This document shows, piece by piece, positions 10,024 to 20,169 of a DNA stretch of 64,000 nucleotides. The stretch is from a virus. The notes under the pieces are model-generated. The model was given only the letters and a program-made list of their open reading frames with translations, was not told the origin of the DNA and made no database searches. The stretch covers positions 41,909-105,908 of the IMG/VR virus record IMGVR_UViG_3300047666_001259. One strand, 5' to 3'. The position numbers and the translations under genes were made by a program. Position 1 is the stretch's first letter. The number at the start of each line of letters is the position of its first letter.

Positions 10024-11289
10024 TTAAGCGGTTGGTATTGGTACTATGGTTGCTAAAGTCGATGCAGCAGCGGCAAATTTTCTTGCTTTCTCTGCCGTTT
10101 CAGCAACGTCTCCCAGCATTCCAAACCTAGCCTTTATTTTTTCAGCCTTTCTTCTTTGTCTTTCTAAGAAAGTTCTAGCAAAATAGTTTGTCACTAATCT
10201 TTTGAAAACTTTGATTACTTCCAACAAGATAATTGCTAACAACCCTTTTAGTAGAAGGTTTAATATTCTTTCGGAGAATTCAGCTTTTTCTTGGTTGTCT
10301 GGGTCGTTTATAATAGAGCAGGGATCAGAAAGTAAACTATCCTTTGTTACATTAACTCCCGCAGGAGTTGATTGAATAGCGTCCATAATTGGATCAATAT
10401 AAGCGTAAATTATAGTAGAAAAATATCCAATCAACTTCTCTATTAATATTCTGAAGAAACTTTTACCAGCCTTATTAGCGTTCTGTTCGTTATTAATTCC
10501 TTGTGTTTGACTTTGAACGTAATTCACCATCACCTCCATACTTTGAGCTGGAGTCACAGCTTGACCTTCTATGGTTTCTGTTCCTCCTCCTTCAAAAATA
10601 AAAGATGGGTCTTCTGGTAATTTAATCTTTATTGTCTGACAATTTATCTCAAACTCTACTTGCCCAGCCTCTAATTGTCTTTTTAAAGCTATTCTATTGT
10701 ATTCTAAATCTTGATCCTTAACAATTGCTTTGTTTGATAAATCAAAATTCGAAGCAGCGCATACAGCTGCATTAATAAGCCTATCTCTTTCAGCAGCACT
10801 AGGATTTAAATATTCTCCCGCTGGTGAGTCCTTCCCTCCAAATATCATTAAAGCTAAATCTTTAGCCATCTGTTGCTTAAAAGTTTCTAGAAAATTAGTC
10901 GGCATCACAGCACTAAAATAAGCCATGTTTTGTGACTTAAAACTTGAGGCAGTTTCTGCGTCTATTGCACCTGATTGATTGATGTTTGGTAAAGAAATCC
11001 CCTTCTTAGAGAGAGTTTCTGCCAACCCATCTAGAACAGTATCTTCTAAAAAACTTGATCCAGCACCAAAAAGCCTATCAATAAAAACCAAAAACAATAC
11101 CTCAGGTTGAATACCCATACTCTCCATCACTTTGTTTAGATAATCAAACATAGAAACTTGTTGAAATTTCGGAATGTTTATCTGCTTAAACAAAGGAATG
11201 TTTAACAGGTTTTTCATCGAAGATATTTTCGATACAAGTTCTGACTGAGAACTTGTTAAAGGATTTTGGGCTGGTACGTTAAAAGCCAT
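10024..11289 (-). CDS. Putative virion structural protein
   Basis: 421 aa ORF in the baseplate operon. Confidence 0.5.
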   Translation of the reverse strand: MAFNVPAQNPLTSSQSELVSKISSMKNLLNIPLFKQINIPKFQQVSMFDYLNKVMESMGIQPEVLFLVFIDRLFGAGSSFLEDTVLDGLAETLSKKGISLPNINQSGAIDAETASSFKSQNMAYFSAVMPTNFLETFKQQMAKDLALMIFGGKDSPAGEYLNPSAAERDRLINAAVCAASNFDLSNKAIVKDQDLEYNRIALKRQLEAGQVEFEINCQTIKIKLPEDPSFIFEGGGTETIEGQAVTPAQSMEVMVNYVQSQTQGINNEQNANKAGKSFFRILIEKLIGYFSTIIYAYIDPIMDAIQSTPAGVNVTKDSLLSDPCSIINDPDNQEKAEFSERILNLLLKGLLAIILLEVIKVFKRLVTNYFARTFLERQRRKAEKIKARFGMLGDVAETAEKARKFAAAASTLATIVPIPTA

Positions 11290-11714
11290 TATCTTTCTTT
11301 ATTGTTGTCGTTATCTATTTTTCTCTTTTCTTTCTTTGATCTCCTACCGTCTCTCATGTCTTTTGCCATTTCAGCAAAAAGCTCTCTCTCTTCAAGAGTG
11401 ACAGCAGAAGCTTGAGTCGATTCATCTAATTCGCTATATGCAATCTTCTGGATCGAATTTGCTATATCAATGATTGATGATGACGACTTCGAAGCAAGCT
11501 CTAAATAAGAGATTGCTGTCTTACCAAGCATGGCAATCATTTCTCCCTCATCCATTTCGTTTGCAGCCGCTCGGTACATATCCATTGATTCATTTCTTTC
11601 TTCCATTTTAAGCTTAATGGCATAGTTCATCAGTTCGGTATAAGAGTCTTTGGTAGTTTCGACTACAGGAGTCTTACTATTACTCTCTTCTGGTGTTAAA
11701 TTTTGATCTTCCAT
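11289..11714 (-). CDS. Hypothetical protein (first gene of a late operon)
   Basis: ORF; TATTTAT just upstream on the coding strand. Confidence 0.55.
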   Translation of the reverse strand: MEDQNLTPEESNSKTPVVETTKDSYTELMNYAIKLKMEERNESMDMYRAAANEMDEGEMIAMLGKTAISYLELASKSSSSIIDIANSIQKIAYSELDESTQASAVTLEERELFAEMAKDMRDGRRSKKEKRKIDNDNNKER

Positions 11715-11748
11715 ATCAATTTGTTTTTCATAAATAAAGCATTAAAAA

Positions 11749-12135
11749 TTATCTACTTTTAAGAAAATTAGTTTTCATCACAGCATATTTAAATTCTAAG
11801 CTTCTTGTGATGTTTAATAAAGCGGGTTTACTTGCCCTAACAGGAGTCTCTCGGATTAAATATTGGATGAAGTGTTTCCTTGAGTGAATAATCTCTTTCA
11901 ATTCAGAATATGGCATTTCATTAAAGTCTTCAATTAAACTAGCCACCGTCTGAAAAAAGAAATATTTCTCATCGTTATCTGTATTCAAATACATATCGCA
12001 ATCATGGTCTAACCCAGCTAGTATAAAATGATAAAAGCCAGCACAGTTCTGGTTATTGATCCCTGCGTGGCTTTTGTCATTAAATATAGTTCTGAGGAAA
12101 GAGTAAAAAATTGCTTGTCTTACTTCTAAATCCAT
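11749..12135 (-). CDS. Hypothetical protein
   Basis: ORF coupled to the sigma gene. Confidence 0.5.
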   Translation of the reverse strand: MDLEVRQAIFYSFLRTIFNDKSHAGINNQNCAGFYHFILAGLDHDCDMYLNTDNDEKYFFFQTVASLIEDFNEMPYSELKEIIHSRKHFIQYLIRETPVRASKPALLNITRSLEFKYAVMKTNFLKSR

Positions 12136-13010
12136 TATCCTTCTTCTTTCTTCTTTATAAATCCTTGTTTCTTAACTCGGTAGAAGGCTCTGATCCTAGT
12201 TAGAGAGTAAGTGATATCTTTTCTCTGTAACCCAGTTTCTTCCGCTATCTCTTTATAAATATCAACTTTATTATAAGCTCCAATTTTATGGTGTTCCGTT
12301 AGGATATACACTAGAGCTTTTGAAACTGTGATATCATTCTTTGTCCACTTACTCTCTTCACCTTTCTCAATTTCTTCTTCAAGAAGAGATTTTATGTAGT
12401 GAAAGAGTTGGAACATGATATCCATTTCTTCTAATGGCAATCCCTCCTCATCTAAGCTCTCCAGTCTCTTCGCATCCACTTCTGGTTTATGATCTTCATA
12501 ATCCAAAAGTCTAGACTTAGTTTCGTGGGTCTTCTTTATTTCATTCATACAATAGTTCTTCGCCATTGTCCCGAAATAAGAAAAAGATTTATGACCCTTG
12601 TAAGGATCAAAGTTTGCAAACTTGTCGTGTATGTGACCAAGACAGTCGTTGTGAGCTGTCCTTACGTCAATGTCATATCTGAAAAGTTTATATCTATAAA
12701 TGATATTCTCGACTAACCTGTTTAAAGGTTTTTCTAAATGCTTTATGTACAAGCGATTCTTCTTATCTTGTACTTCCTCGCTCATAGACCATTCAATCTT
12801 GTCTTGAAACTCCGCCAGAGTTCCATCTTCAATTGTTGAGTCATAAGTTTCTTTCCTGTTTTCTAAGTACTGTTTCATCTTAGCAGTTAAAAATCGAGTA
12901 TCCATTTCTAAGAACACTCTCACCGCCTCTTCTGTTTCAGCTGTCCAGTATATTTTCTTCTTCTTTTTTTCAGGTATTACATTAACTATTGGTGCTGTGT
13001 TACCTGTCAT
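12135..13010 (-). CDS. Phage sigma factor (T4 gp55-like late sigma, sigma region 2 plus C-terminal HTH-like region)
   Basis: YWTAETEEAV...LVENIIYRYK...NFDPYKGHKSFSYFGTMAKNY resembles the FDP..K..F.YF core of gp55/sigma-2. Confidence 0.7.
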   Translation of the reverse strand: MTGNTAPIVNVIPEKKKKKIYWTAETEEAVRVFLEMDTRFLTAKMKQYLENRKETYDSTIEDGTLAEFQDKIEWSMSEEVQDKKNRLYIKHLEKPLNRLVENIIYRYKLFRYDIDVRTAHNDCLGHIHDKFANFDPYKGHKSFSYFGTMAKNYCMNEIKKTHETKSRLLDYEDHKPEVDAKRLESLDEEGLPLEEMDIMFQLFHYIKSLLEEEIEKGEESKWTKNDITVSKALVYILTEHHKIGAYNKVDIYKEIAEETGLQRKDITYSLTRIRAFYRVKKQGFIKKKEEG

Positions 13011-13458
13011 TATATTTTTTATTTTTTTTAATCTTATAAATCTCGTTCATAACATAACTTTTTATTATTGTACTGTAGTAAGAGTAAGATTTATATCCTA
13101 TGTAGGGATTAAAATTTGTAAATTTTTCATATACATAACTTAAACAATCATTATGAGCTGTTATTATATCAATGCCATAATCGGATAGCATGTAACGATA
13201 AAAAATGTTTTCTATCATTTGATTTAAAGGTTTTTCTAATTGATTTTTGTACAATCTATTTTTCTTATCTTGCACTTCTTCACTCATTGACCATTCAATT
13301 TTCTTCTGATACGATGCTAAACTACCTTTAAGACACCTAGTTAAAAATTGAGTGTCCATCTCTAAAAACAACCTAACAGATTCTTCCGTTTCATCTGTCC
13401 AACATATGTTGTTATTTTCAGGCGGTGCAGTTTTTTTTCGCTCTGCGTTACCTCTCAT
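13000..13458 (-). CDS. Truncated paralog of the adjacent sigma factor (N-terminal domain only)
   Basis: Shares KIEWSMSEEVQDKKNRLY, LEKPLN, AHNDCL, NF.PY.G.KS.SY with 12135..13010. Confidence 0.75.
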   Translation of the reverse strand: MRGNAERKKTAPPENNNICWTDETEESVRLFLEMDTQFLTRCLKGSLASYQKKIEWSMSEEVQDKKNRLYKNQLEKPLNQMIENIFYRYMLSDYGIDIITAHNDCLSYVYEKFTNFNPYIGYKSYSYYSTIIKSYVMNEIYKIKKNKKYNDR

Positions 13459-13460
13459 TT

Positions 13461-14423
13461 TTACGCTGTTTGTTCGATTAATTCTACTCTGCTTAAATCG
13501 TCATCGAAGAATACATAATCATCTAGAGCTGCTTGCGTCCAGTGTTGAATCTCTCCTTGAGTAATTCCACCATTTTCAGGCTTCAATTGTGTAAGGTGAG
13601 AAGGAATTTTAGAAGATTTATGAGTAAATGTATCGGTAGCTGTGTGTCTCAGCAAATAACCTACTCTTGGGATATTCATCACCTGAATATCGTTGTATAC
13701 CATTCTCAAAAAGAATTCGTAATAGTTTGTTATTTTTAAACATCCTTTCATAGGATACATTAAACCATCTCTTTCCTCAATATTATCACTCTCCTCCACT
13801 AAAGATGACACTCGATAAAGTGCGCCTAAAGGGTGAATACAATTAAATCTACTCAATAACATATAGTCATAGTATCCTGCGGATTCAGCCATGTTGTCTG
13901 CCCAGCAGAATTCATTAATATATGAAGTAAATGATTCAGCGATCATATTCTTGATCAAAGGTAGGAAGATTCCAACTTTAGCGTTTTCTTCAGCATATTT
14001 CTCTGCTATTTCGTACCACTTAAGAGATACTTCATCTTCACATTCAACAACCGAGAAATAATCATACCCAGAATCTACCGCTAGTTGGAACGTCTTATTA
14101 AAGATGTCCGCAAAGCTATTAATCTCGATCTGCTCAATTGTGTGATTTACCTCTGTTCCATCGAAATATTCGATTTTCTTTTCAGTTTCTTTTCCATCCT
14201 CATCTTCTCCGTCTACGAAAACAGAAATAGTAGGCTTCTTAATAACTTCAGAAATTGTCTCTAACTCGTCATCTGCAAAACCTTCGTGTAGAAATACTAC
14301 ATCAATGGGTTTGTCTTGCATAGAAAGTCCGTATAGACACTTATTTAAAAGCTCAATTCTTAAGTCTTTGTTGAGGTATACCCCAACAAGTGTATTAGTT
14401 TGTTTTTGCGGCTTCAAGCTCAT
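13461..14423 (-). CDS. Glycosyltransferase (GT-A / family 2-like)
   Basis: YFSVVECEDE (DxD-like), YEFFLRMVYNDIQVMNIPRVGY; adjacent to a GT-B gene. Confidence 0.6.
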   Translation of the reverse strand: MSLKPQKQTNTLVGVYLNKDLRIELLNKCLYGLSMQDKPIDVVFLHEGFADDELETISEVIKKPTISVFVDGEDEDGKETEKKIEYFDGTEVNHTIEQIEINSFADIFNKTFQLAVDSGYDYFSVVECEDEVSLKWYEIAEKYAEENAKVGIFLPLIKNMIAESFTSYINEFCWADNMAESAGYYDYMLLSRFNCIHPLGALYRVSSLVEESDNIEERDGLMYPMKGCLKITNYYEFFLRMVYNDIQVMNIPRVGYLLRHTATDTFTHKSSKIPSHLTQLKPENGGITQGEIQHWTQAALDDYVFFDDDLSRVELIEQTA

Positions 14424-15603
14424 GTGTTCTTTCAGTTTTATATTCTTTAATAATTTCAAAAATTCTTTCCTTCTCACCACTTACGGTATAATTCTTAAGA
14501 AGGTCTTCATAGTCAGATTGGATTTGTGGAACATCCATTTCTCCAGATAACCATTTTTCCAATGCTACACCTAAAAGTTCTACCATTTGGAATATTTCTC
14601 CGTTGTGCGCCCAGAATCCATTATTATCCTTCACATACTCTTTTGAGCCGAATGGGAACCATCCAACTACGTGAGTACCAGAAGCCATTGATTCTAGTGG
14701 TAATGTACCAAATCCAGCAATCTCATCTGTATACATACAGAAAGCGAATTCTGAAAGTCTTTCAGCAAACTCTTCACGCTTCAAACCTCCTAGCTCCACA
14801 AATCTCACCCATCTTAGGTGTGGGTTTACAGCACGGAACATTTTAATGATGTTCATTACTTTGAGATTAGTTTCTTGACCTCTTGGGGTCATGAAAGCCA
14901 CCATAGGCTTTTTCTTTGAGATTTCCTCTGGAAGTTGAAAGACTTCTCTATCGATCCCTTGACGAATCTTCTTGATGTTCATGCCCGGCATCGTGGTGTT
15001 GATAAACTCGGTAATAGCATCCGAAACAGAAACAACGTCTCTAATTCCGAAGTTTTGCCAGCTTTGACCATCCTGCATTCCAGTAAGGACATATGCCCAA
15101 CTTTGCGCTAACACAATTCTCTTACAAGAAACTTGTGCTGTCATTTGCATAATATTAGGGAATCCCTCAGGGATAAACATAAAGTCTTCCGACTGAACTT
15201 GAAGTGGCGTAGTTTCAAACGTAACTACCTTACCTTCCGAGTTGATCGTCTTTGCCTCTTTGTCTCCTAATGCTTTGAATTCTATTTTACTAATATCAAA
15301 ATCAACCCAATCAGCATTAAATGTATTAAAAATGTCTACTCTCTTTTTAGCTTTCACAGACTCTTGTTGTGATAAGTTAGGGTCGTGTTGTGGCTCATAC
15401 CACACCTTGATATCATATCTCTCAGATAAGTGAGATGCCAACCTTAAGAGAACGCCAACGCCACCACTAGGGGTAGGCATTGCAGGACAATAAAAATGTA
15501 CAGTGAATTTATCTCCTCTGATTCTTTCTACCACCTGATCGATTAGTTCGTTACGGCTAACCTCTTCTTTTTGGACTTCTTGCTCTTGAATTTCTTCTGC
15601 CAT
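14395..15603 (-). CDS. Glycosyltransferase (GT-B / family 4-like)
   Basis: PSGGVGV N-terminal motif; GFGTLPLESMASGTHVVG signature. Confidence 0.8.
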   Translation of the reverse strand: MAEEIQEQEVQKEEVSRNELIDQVVERIRGDKFTVHFYCPAMPTPSGGVGVLLRLASHLSERYDIKVWYEPQHDPNLSQQESVKAKKRVDIFNTFNADWVDFDISKIEFKALGDKEAKTINSEGKVVTFETTPLQVQSEDFMFIPEGFPNIMQMTAQVSCKRIVLAQSWAYVLTGMQDGQSWQNFGIRDVVSVSDAITEFINTTMPGMNIKKIRQGIDREVFQLPEEISKKKPMVAFMTPRGQETNLKVMNIIKMFRAVNPHLRWVRFVELGGLKREEFAERLSEFAFCMYTDEIAGFGTLPLESMASGTHVVGWFPFGSKEYVKDNNGFWAHNGEIFQMVELLGVALEKWLSGEMDVPQIQSDYEDLLKNYTVSGEKERIFEIIKEYKTERTHELEAAKTN

Positions 15604-15740
15604 AATTGTTTTATTTGGATTACTAAGTCAAACTTAGACAGCTAGGATTTAAAATTCAAGTTTTTTTTAAAAAAACTATTTAACCATGTTTTTTTTGATT
15701 TTCACGATCAATCTTCTTATTTTAATTAAAATTATACACA

Positions 15741-15956
15741 ATGGATTTAAATTCAGCAATTAAAGTACTTATCGACAGCACTCTTAAAGCTCAAGAAAGT
15801 GGGCTTTACTCTTGGTATGAATCAAGAGATATAGCTAACGCAGTTGACGCTATAGAAGAAATTTCTAGACAACAACAAGAAATATTAGCAGCTCAACACG
15901 TTAAAAAAGAAAACGAGCAACCAGCTATCCCGCCTGTTGCTCGTCCTCAAGAGTAA
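15741..15956 (+). CDS. Hypothetical protein
   Basis: ORF track. Confidence 0.55.
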   Translation: MDLNSAIKVLIDSTLKAQESGLYSWYESRDIANAVDAIEEISRQQQEILAAQHVKKENEQPAIPPVARPQE

Positions 15957-15964
15957 GTTTGATT

Positions 15965-16546
15965 TTAAAGGATTCTATACTGAGAATCCCTTTTTAGAAT
16001 GAAGTCATTTTTCGTTTCAACGAAGAATGATTCTTTAATTGTGTCGTATATTACAGTTTCCTTGCTATCTTTACCTAGATCAATGTAAACTCCAACTACA
16101 TTATCCCAATCTGCATTCCAGTGGTTTTTTCCGTAGATTTCTTTGTATCCATTACCTTCTAAGATAGAATTAATCTCATCGAGAGAATCTCTCACGTCAC
16201 TCACCATCCCATTTCTAGCGGAAACCAGAATAGATTTCGTCTTGTTTGGGAATGACTCTAAAAGACCTTTTGAAAAGTCATCGTATTCAAATGTGCTTTC
16301 ATGCAATAACTTTTGTCTGTTGAATTCCATATCAACATGTTCAGTTAATGGCTTACCATTAACTGCTTTAACATTGTAAAGGATGCCATCATACTTTCCT
16401 TTCTCAAACGACCTTCTTTTAAACTTGATGGTTTTCTTAACTGTCTCGTCTTCTTTTCCTTCGTTAAGAATCTTAATTGTATTCAACGTCCTGCTTTCAC
16501 GAATTCCGATTAACTCCAAATTCCTCTTTTTTCCTGTTTGTTCCAT
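15965..16546 (-). CDS. Hypothetical late protein
   Basis: TATTTAT upstream; IRE/LNE/LHE motifs. Confidence 0.55.
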   Translation of the reverse strand: MEQTGKKRNLELIGIRESRTLNTIKILNEGKEDETVKKTIKFKRRSFEKGKYDGILYNVKAVNGKPLTEHVDMEFNRQKLLHESTFEYDDFSKGLLESFPNKTKSILVSARNGMVSDVRDSLDEINSILEGNGYKEIYGKNHWNADWDNVVGVYIDLGKDSKETVIYDTIKESFFVETKNDFILKRDSQYRIL

Positions 16547-16580
16547 AACTTTTTCATTTCTAATAAATAGTTAAGGAAAT

Positions 16581-16853
16581 TTATTTTTTGCCACTTTTAA
16601 TGTTATCGAGATTGATATTCAACCCACTTAACATGCCGTTATCTTGCACTTTATCATTCTGGCTTCTAATCCCTTTCTTTTGATCAGTAAAGGCTGTTTC
16701 TAGTATTGTTTCTATGATCTCGGAAGAAACCCCTATTAATCTATTTTTCATTTGGTCTGCATCTAAACCCTCTTCGTTATTATGCCAGCTTGCTATCTTA
16801 AAATAAGTTAGCTTAACAAGCTCGTCCATGTCAATCTGTATTTCTTTCATCAT
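16581..16853 (-). CDS. Hypothetical protein
   Basis: ORF track. Confidence 0.5.
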   Translation of the reverse strand: MMKEIQIDMDELVKLTYFKIASWHNNEEGLDADQMKNRLIGVSSEIIETILETAFTDQKKGIRSQNDKVQDNGMLSGLNINLDNIKSGKK

Positions 16854-17250
16854 CTATCATTTTTAAACATTTATCTATTATACTACTTTTTATGTCATAC
16901 TCCAAATTAACAACACCACCCTCTCCTTCAATTTTCTTCTCAATTCTCCATTCAGCACCCTCTTTCTTAGTGTAGTGCTTCATGGTGGAATATTCGTTTC
17001 CTGATTCAATGATTTTCATCCAAGTATAATCTTTCGGAAGAAGTTGATATACAATCTGTTTTTTAGAAACCATAATACTTTCATACAGCTTCCCGTCTTT
17101 ATGCTTTTCTATTTCTAGGTAGTTTGCAAAGTTCACTCCCGTCATTTTGGGATTAAATACATATTTATAGGAGACACCATCTTCTGCCTCAGTCGTGAAG
17201 TTGTGAGTGGTTCCCATAAAATGAGAAGAGTGATAATTAGAAGTCTTCAT
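16831..17250 (-). CDS. Hypothetical protein
   Basis: ORF track; ATG 17250 preferred as start. Confidence 0.5.
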   Translation of the reverse strand: MKTSNYHSSHFMGTTHNFTTEAEDGVSYKYVFNPKMTGVNFANYLEIEKHKDGKLYESIMVSKKQIVYQLLPKDYTWMKIIESGNEYSTMKHYTKKEGAEWRIEKKIEGEGGVVNLEYDIKSSIIDKCLKMIDDERNTD

Positions 17251-17266
17251 ACTAAAAGATAACAAC

Positions 17267-18223
17267 GTGGCTAAGAAAAATCAAATAGAAGACCGAAAAC
17301 CTGTTTTAAGAGATGCCATGCTCTACTATTATTTAGAGTTTGAATCTGAAGTTTTAACTGGAGAAGATATCAAAAAACTTTTAAGTTATGCCGATTTAGA
17401 TAAGGTTCCAGATAGGGTCATCCTTCTAAATGATATCTACTCAGAAAACCTTGACTGGAACCAACTATCCAACGCAAAAATAGCTAGACTAATTTCTATG
17501 TTCATTGACCGTAAGGATGTCCAATTCATTCTGGATAAAGTCAATTTGAAAGAAAAAAAATTTAAGATCAGGGAAATCATTTGGTGTATAGCTAGAATGC
17601 CTGAACTTACAGAAAATACTTTTGGAATAGATTTAAAAAAACTCACAAAAAAAGATGCCTACACTCTATTGAGTCTTGGGCATGATTATTTTATTGACAG
17701 GATCGATATATCTCGATACAGGTTCAATCCAACAGAGATATATAAAATTGTCAGATCATATCTGTTCGACAGACCAATTATGGAAAAAGTTAAATCTAAT
17801 ACATTAGAAGGGTTTCACGTATCTCAAGTATTAATCAATACTGGGAGAGATAATCTTGATCTTATAAAATTAGAGAAACTCACCCCAAGTCATTGGGTAG
17901 AAGTTTTAGGGAAAAGGAAATTTTTATTTGATCTTTGTGATTTCAGTAAGTTTCTCGAAGAGGATGTAATCTTTGCTATTAAACTAGTATCAATATTTCC
18001 CGATTATCAACCTGCTCATAATTTCATTCTAAAAAAGAAAGACACTATTGGGGATAAAGGGTGGGGTATGTTGTTAGAGTTGTTTCCAACTAAATACATA
18101 GATCACTGCGATTACGGTAGCTTGTATGAAGGTACGTGGGTTAAAGTTGTAGACAAACATCCAGAGCTTCTATCTTATAGAGCTAAAGTGGTTAAGAAGG
18201 CTCCAGAACTTCCGATAATATAA
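17267..18223 (+). CDS. Hypothetical helical-repeat protein
   Basis: 318 aa with recurring W..(V/L)L...P units. Confidence 0.5.
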   Translation: MAKKNQIEDRKPVLRDAMLYYYLEFESEVLTGEDIKKLLSYADLDKVPDRVILLNDIYSENLDWNQLSNAKIARLISMFIDRKDVQFILDKVNLKEKKFKIREIIWCIARMPELTENTFGIDLKKLTKKDAYTLLSLGHDYFIDRIDISRYRFNPTEIYKIVRSYLFDRPIMEKVKSNTLEGFHVSQVLINTGRDNLDLIKLEKLTPSHWVEVLGKRKFLFDLCDFSKFLEEDVIFAIKLVSIFPDYQPAHNFILKKKDTIGDKGWGMLLELFPTKYIDHCDYGSLYEGTWVKVVDKHPELLSYRAKVVKKAPELPII

Positions 18224-18844
18224 TTACTTCTCAGTTTCAATTATAGTAATCCCCATACTGTGAGGTGCTGGGTATTTTCCACCAAAATACGGAAACAATT
18301 TATATGTGAACCACTGGAGTAAACCAGTTGGGTTTTTATCAACTCTTTTTAACGCTCTTTCTCCATCAATATTTTTAGCTTTGAATTCATAATAGGTTTT
18401 GAAAGCATCTAAATCCAACTCCACCCACTCTTCAGGTAAACAATCGATTAATTTTTCGTACTTTCGCTCCCCGTTAACATAGCAGTAAGTGTGAATTTCT
18501 ATTTTTTGACCCATAGCTCTCCATCCAAATCTTGCGGAATTTTTATGGTGGTGACCAAAAGAGAATCCAAAAAGTTTATTGATTTGATCGTATTGATCAG
18601 GTAGAGTATAAAGGCATTCTTTATCAAATTTCACTTTGATATTTAAGTCTTTCATTTTAAAATAAAAGAAAACCCAAACCAACGCAGTCATAACTATAGA
18701 TGCCCAGCCGTAAATATTTTCAATGTTACTATTCAAGAATATTCCTGCGGTCAAAAAAATCATTCCAAGCGGATAAAGTAATTCCTGAAACTTCAGCCCT
18801 TTAAAAAAATGTTTACCTTGCTTAATATTGAATCTCTTTTCCAT
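18224..18844 (-). CDS. Membrane-anchored protein with a beta-sandwich-like domain
   Basis: Two TM helices, then INKLFGFS.GHHHKNSARFGWR...LFPYFGG. Confidence 0.55.
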   Translation of the reverse strand: MEKRFNIKQGKHFFKGLKFQELLYPLGMIFLTAGIFLNSNIENIYGWASIVMTALVWVFFYFKMKDLNIKVKFDKECLYTLPDQYDQINKLFGFSFGHHHKNSARFGWRAMGQKIEIHTYCYVNGERKYEKLIDCLPEEWVELDLDAFKTYYEFKAKNIDGERALKRVDKNPTGLLQWFTYKLFPYFGGKYPAPHSMGITIIETEK

Positions 18845-18905
18845 CGTTCTTTGAATTTGCTAATAAATATGTATATATTATCTTAACTTTTATTGAAAAA
18901 ACAAA

Positions 18906-20111
18906 ATGATAAATTTAGAATACTGTTTAATTGAAAATCAATACAGCAAAGACAAAGAAACTATTGTCTGCATTACACGTAAGGGGGAAATAGAACTAGA
19001 TAGGTCAATCACAGAAGATTTGAACTACAAGAGAGCGGTCTTGATTCTACAGAAATATGAATTCCTCGCATTAGAGAAATTATGGTTTGAATGTTACAAG
19101 AGTGATGGTTTAGATAAAGAGCAGCTTGCGAAAGACTTTTATGATATTGGGATTGATCAATCTGAAGATTTAAAAAACCACTTAAAGGATATGATTGAAC
19201 TTACTTTTGAACTAGAAAGCGACTCTCCTGTTAAAGATAATGGTGATCCTGAGTTTTTTGTACCAGACCAAAATAGTTACACAATTAATATTGACGATAA
19301 GTCAGTAGACACTACTGACTCAAATACGTTTAATTTCACAGATATTAACTTTACCGCTAACAATACAGAAAAAGCTAAGCCAACTTACCAAGCAAGCAGA
19401 AACAGTTTGATATCCTACAAAACTCCAGAGAACAAAGAAGTTGTCTCATTCTGTTTTTATCTTTTCTTAGATGCAAAGCTTTCTGTTAACGGAGAATACT
19501 ATTTCCTTTTTAGAGGAGATTTCTTTAATGAGATAGGAAGTGAATCATCCAACTTCATTAAGCCAATAAAATTAGACTTTAAAAGAATTGTGTATGACGT
19601 TAACGCTGTACAAAATAAAATTGTCTTTGAAAGCATAAAAACTTCACAAGAAATTATGGAAGACATTGATTGCCTGTTCTCCACTAAATACAAATTCTTT
19701 AAAGAGTTAAAAAATTCCAAAGGAAAAACTACAAAAGGAACGATGGATTTAGATTTCAACATTCTTGAGATCAAAGACTGTATTGATAAGGGTGCTAAAA
19801 TCGTTTTTGAGACATCAATGATGGACTTTCAGACACTTTGTGTGATAAGTGACCGAGTAGAAAAAGAAATCGAAGCAGAGTTATCTGATATGATGCCAGT
19901 AGTATTTTTACAAAAAGCTGTTGACGAACTACATGAGAAAATAAACACAAAAAGAGTAGAGGCAGCTACGGCAGAGGATTATGAAGACGCTTCCAAATAC
20001 AAAGAGCTTCTTGAAGCTGTAGAGGGAAAAAGAAATATGATTTACTCTTACCCTAGTAAAGACATGCCGATGGAAGATTACTTTGAGAAATTCAAGATAG
20101 GAAAATTCTAA
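18906..20111 (+). CDS. Hypothetical protein with C-terminal UVR-like motif
   Basis: AATAEDYEDASKYKELL. Confidence 0.5.
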   Translation: MINLEYCLIENQYSKDKETIVCITRKGEIELDRSITEDLNYKRAVLILQKYEFLALEKLWFECYKSDGLDKEQLAKDFYDIGIDQSEDLKNHLKDMIELTFELESDSPVKDNGDPEFFVPDQNSYTINIDDKSVDTTDSNTFNFTDINFTANNTEKAKPTYQASRNSLISYKTPENKEVVSFCFYLFLDAKLSVNGEYYFLFRGDFFNEIGSESSNFIKPIKLDFKRIVYDVNAVQNKIVFESIKTSQEIMEDIDCLFSTKYKFFKELKNSKGKTTKGTMDLDFNILEIKDCIDKGAKIVFETSMMDFQTLCVISDRVEKEIEAELSDMMPVVFLQKAVDELHEKINTKRVEAATAEDYEDASKYKELLEAVEGKRNMIYSYPSKDMPMEDYFEKFKIGKF

Positions 20112-20140
20112 AATATGGCTTGTTATTAGAATATTTTTTC

Positions 20141-20148
20141 TATATTTG
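20141..20148 (+). promoter_or_regulatory. Bacteroidota housekeeping -7 box TAnnTTTG (also 2844, 29295, 31423, 57398 on +; 15629, 44997, 50052 on -)
   Basis: Matches the established Bacteroidota primary-sigma consensus; located at operon starts. Confidence 0.75.
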
Positions 20149-20169
20149 CTGTGACAAAAAAGCACAAGT

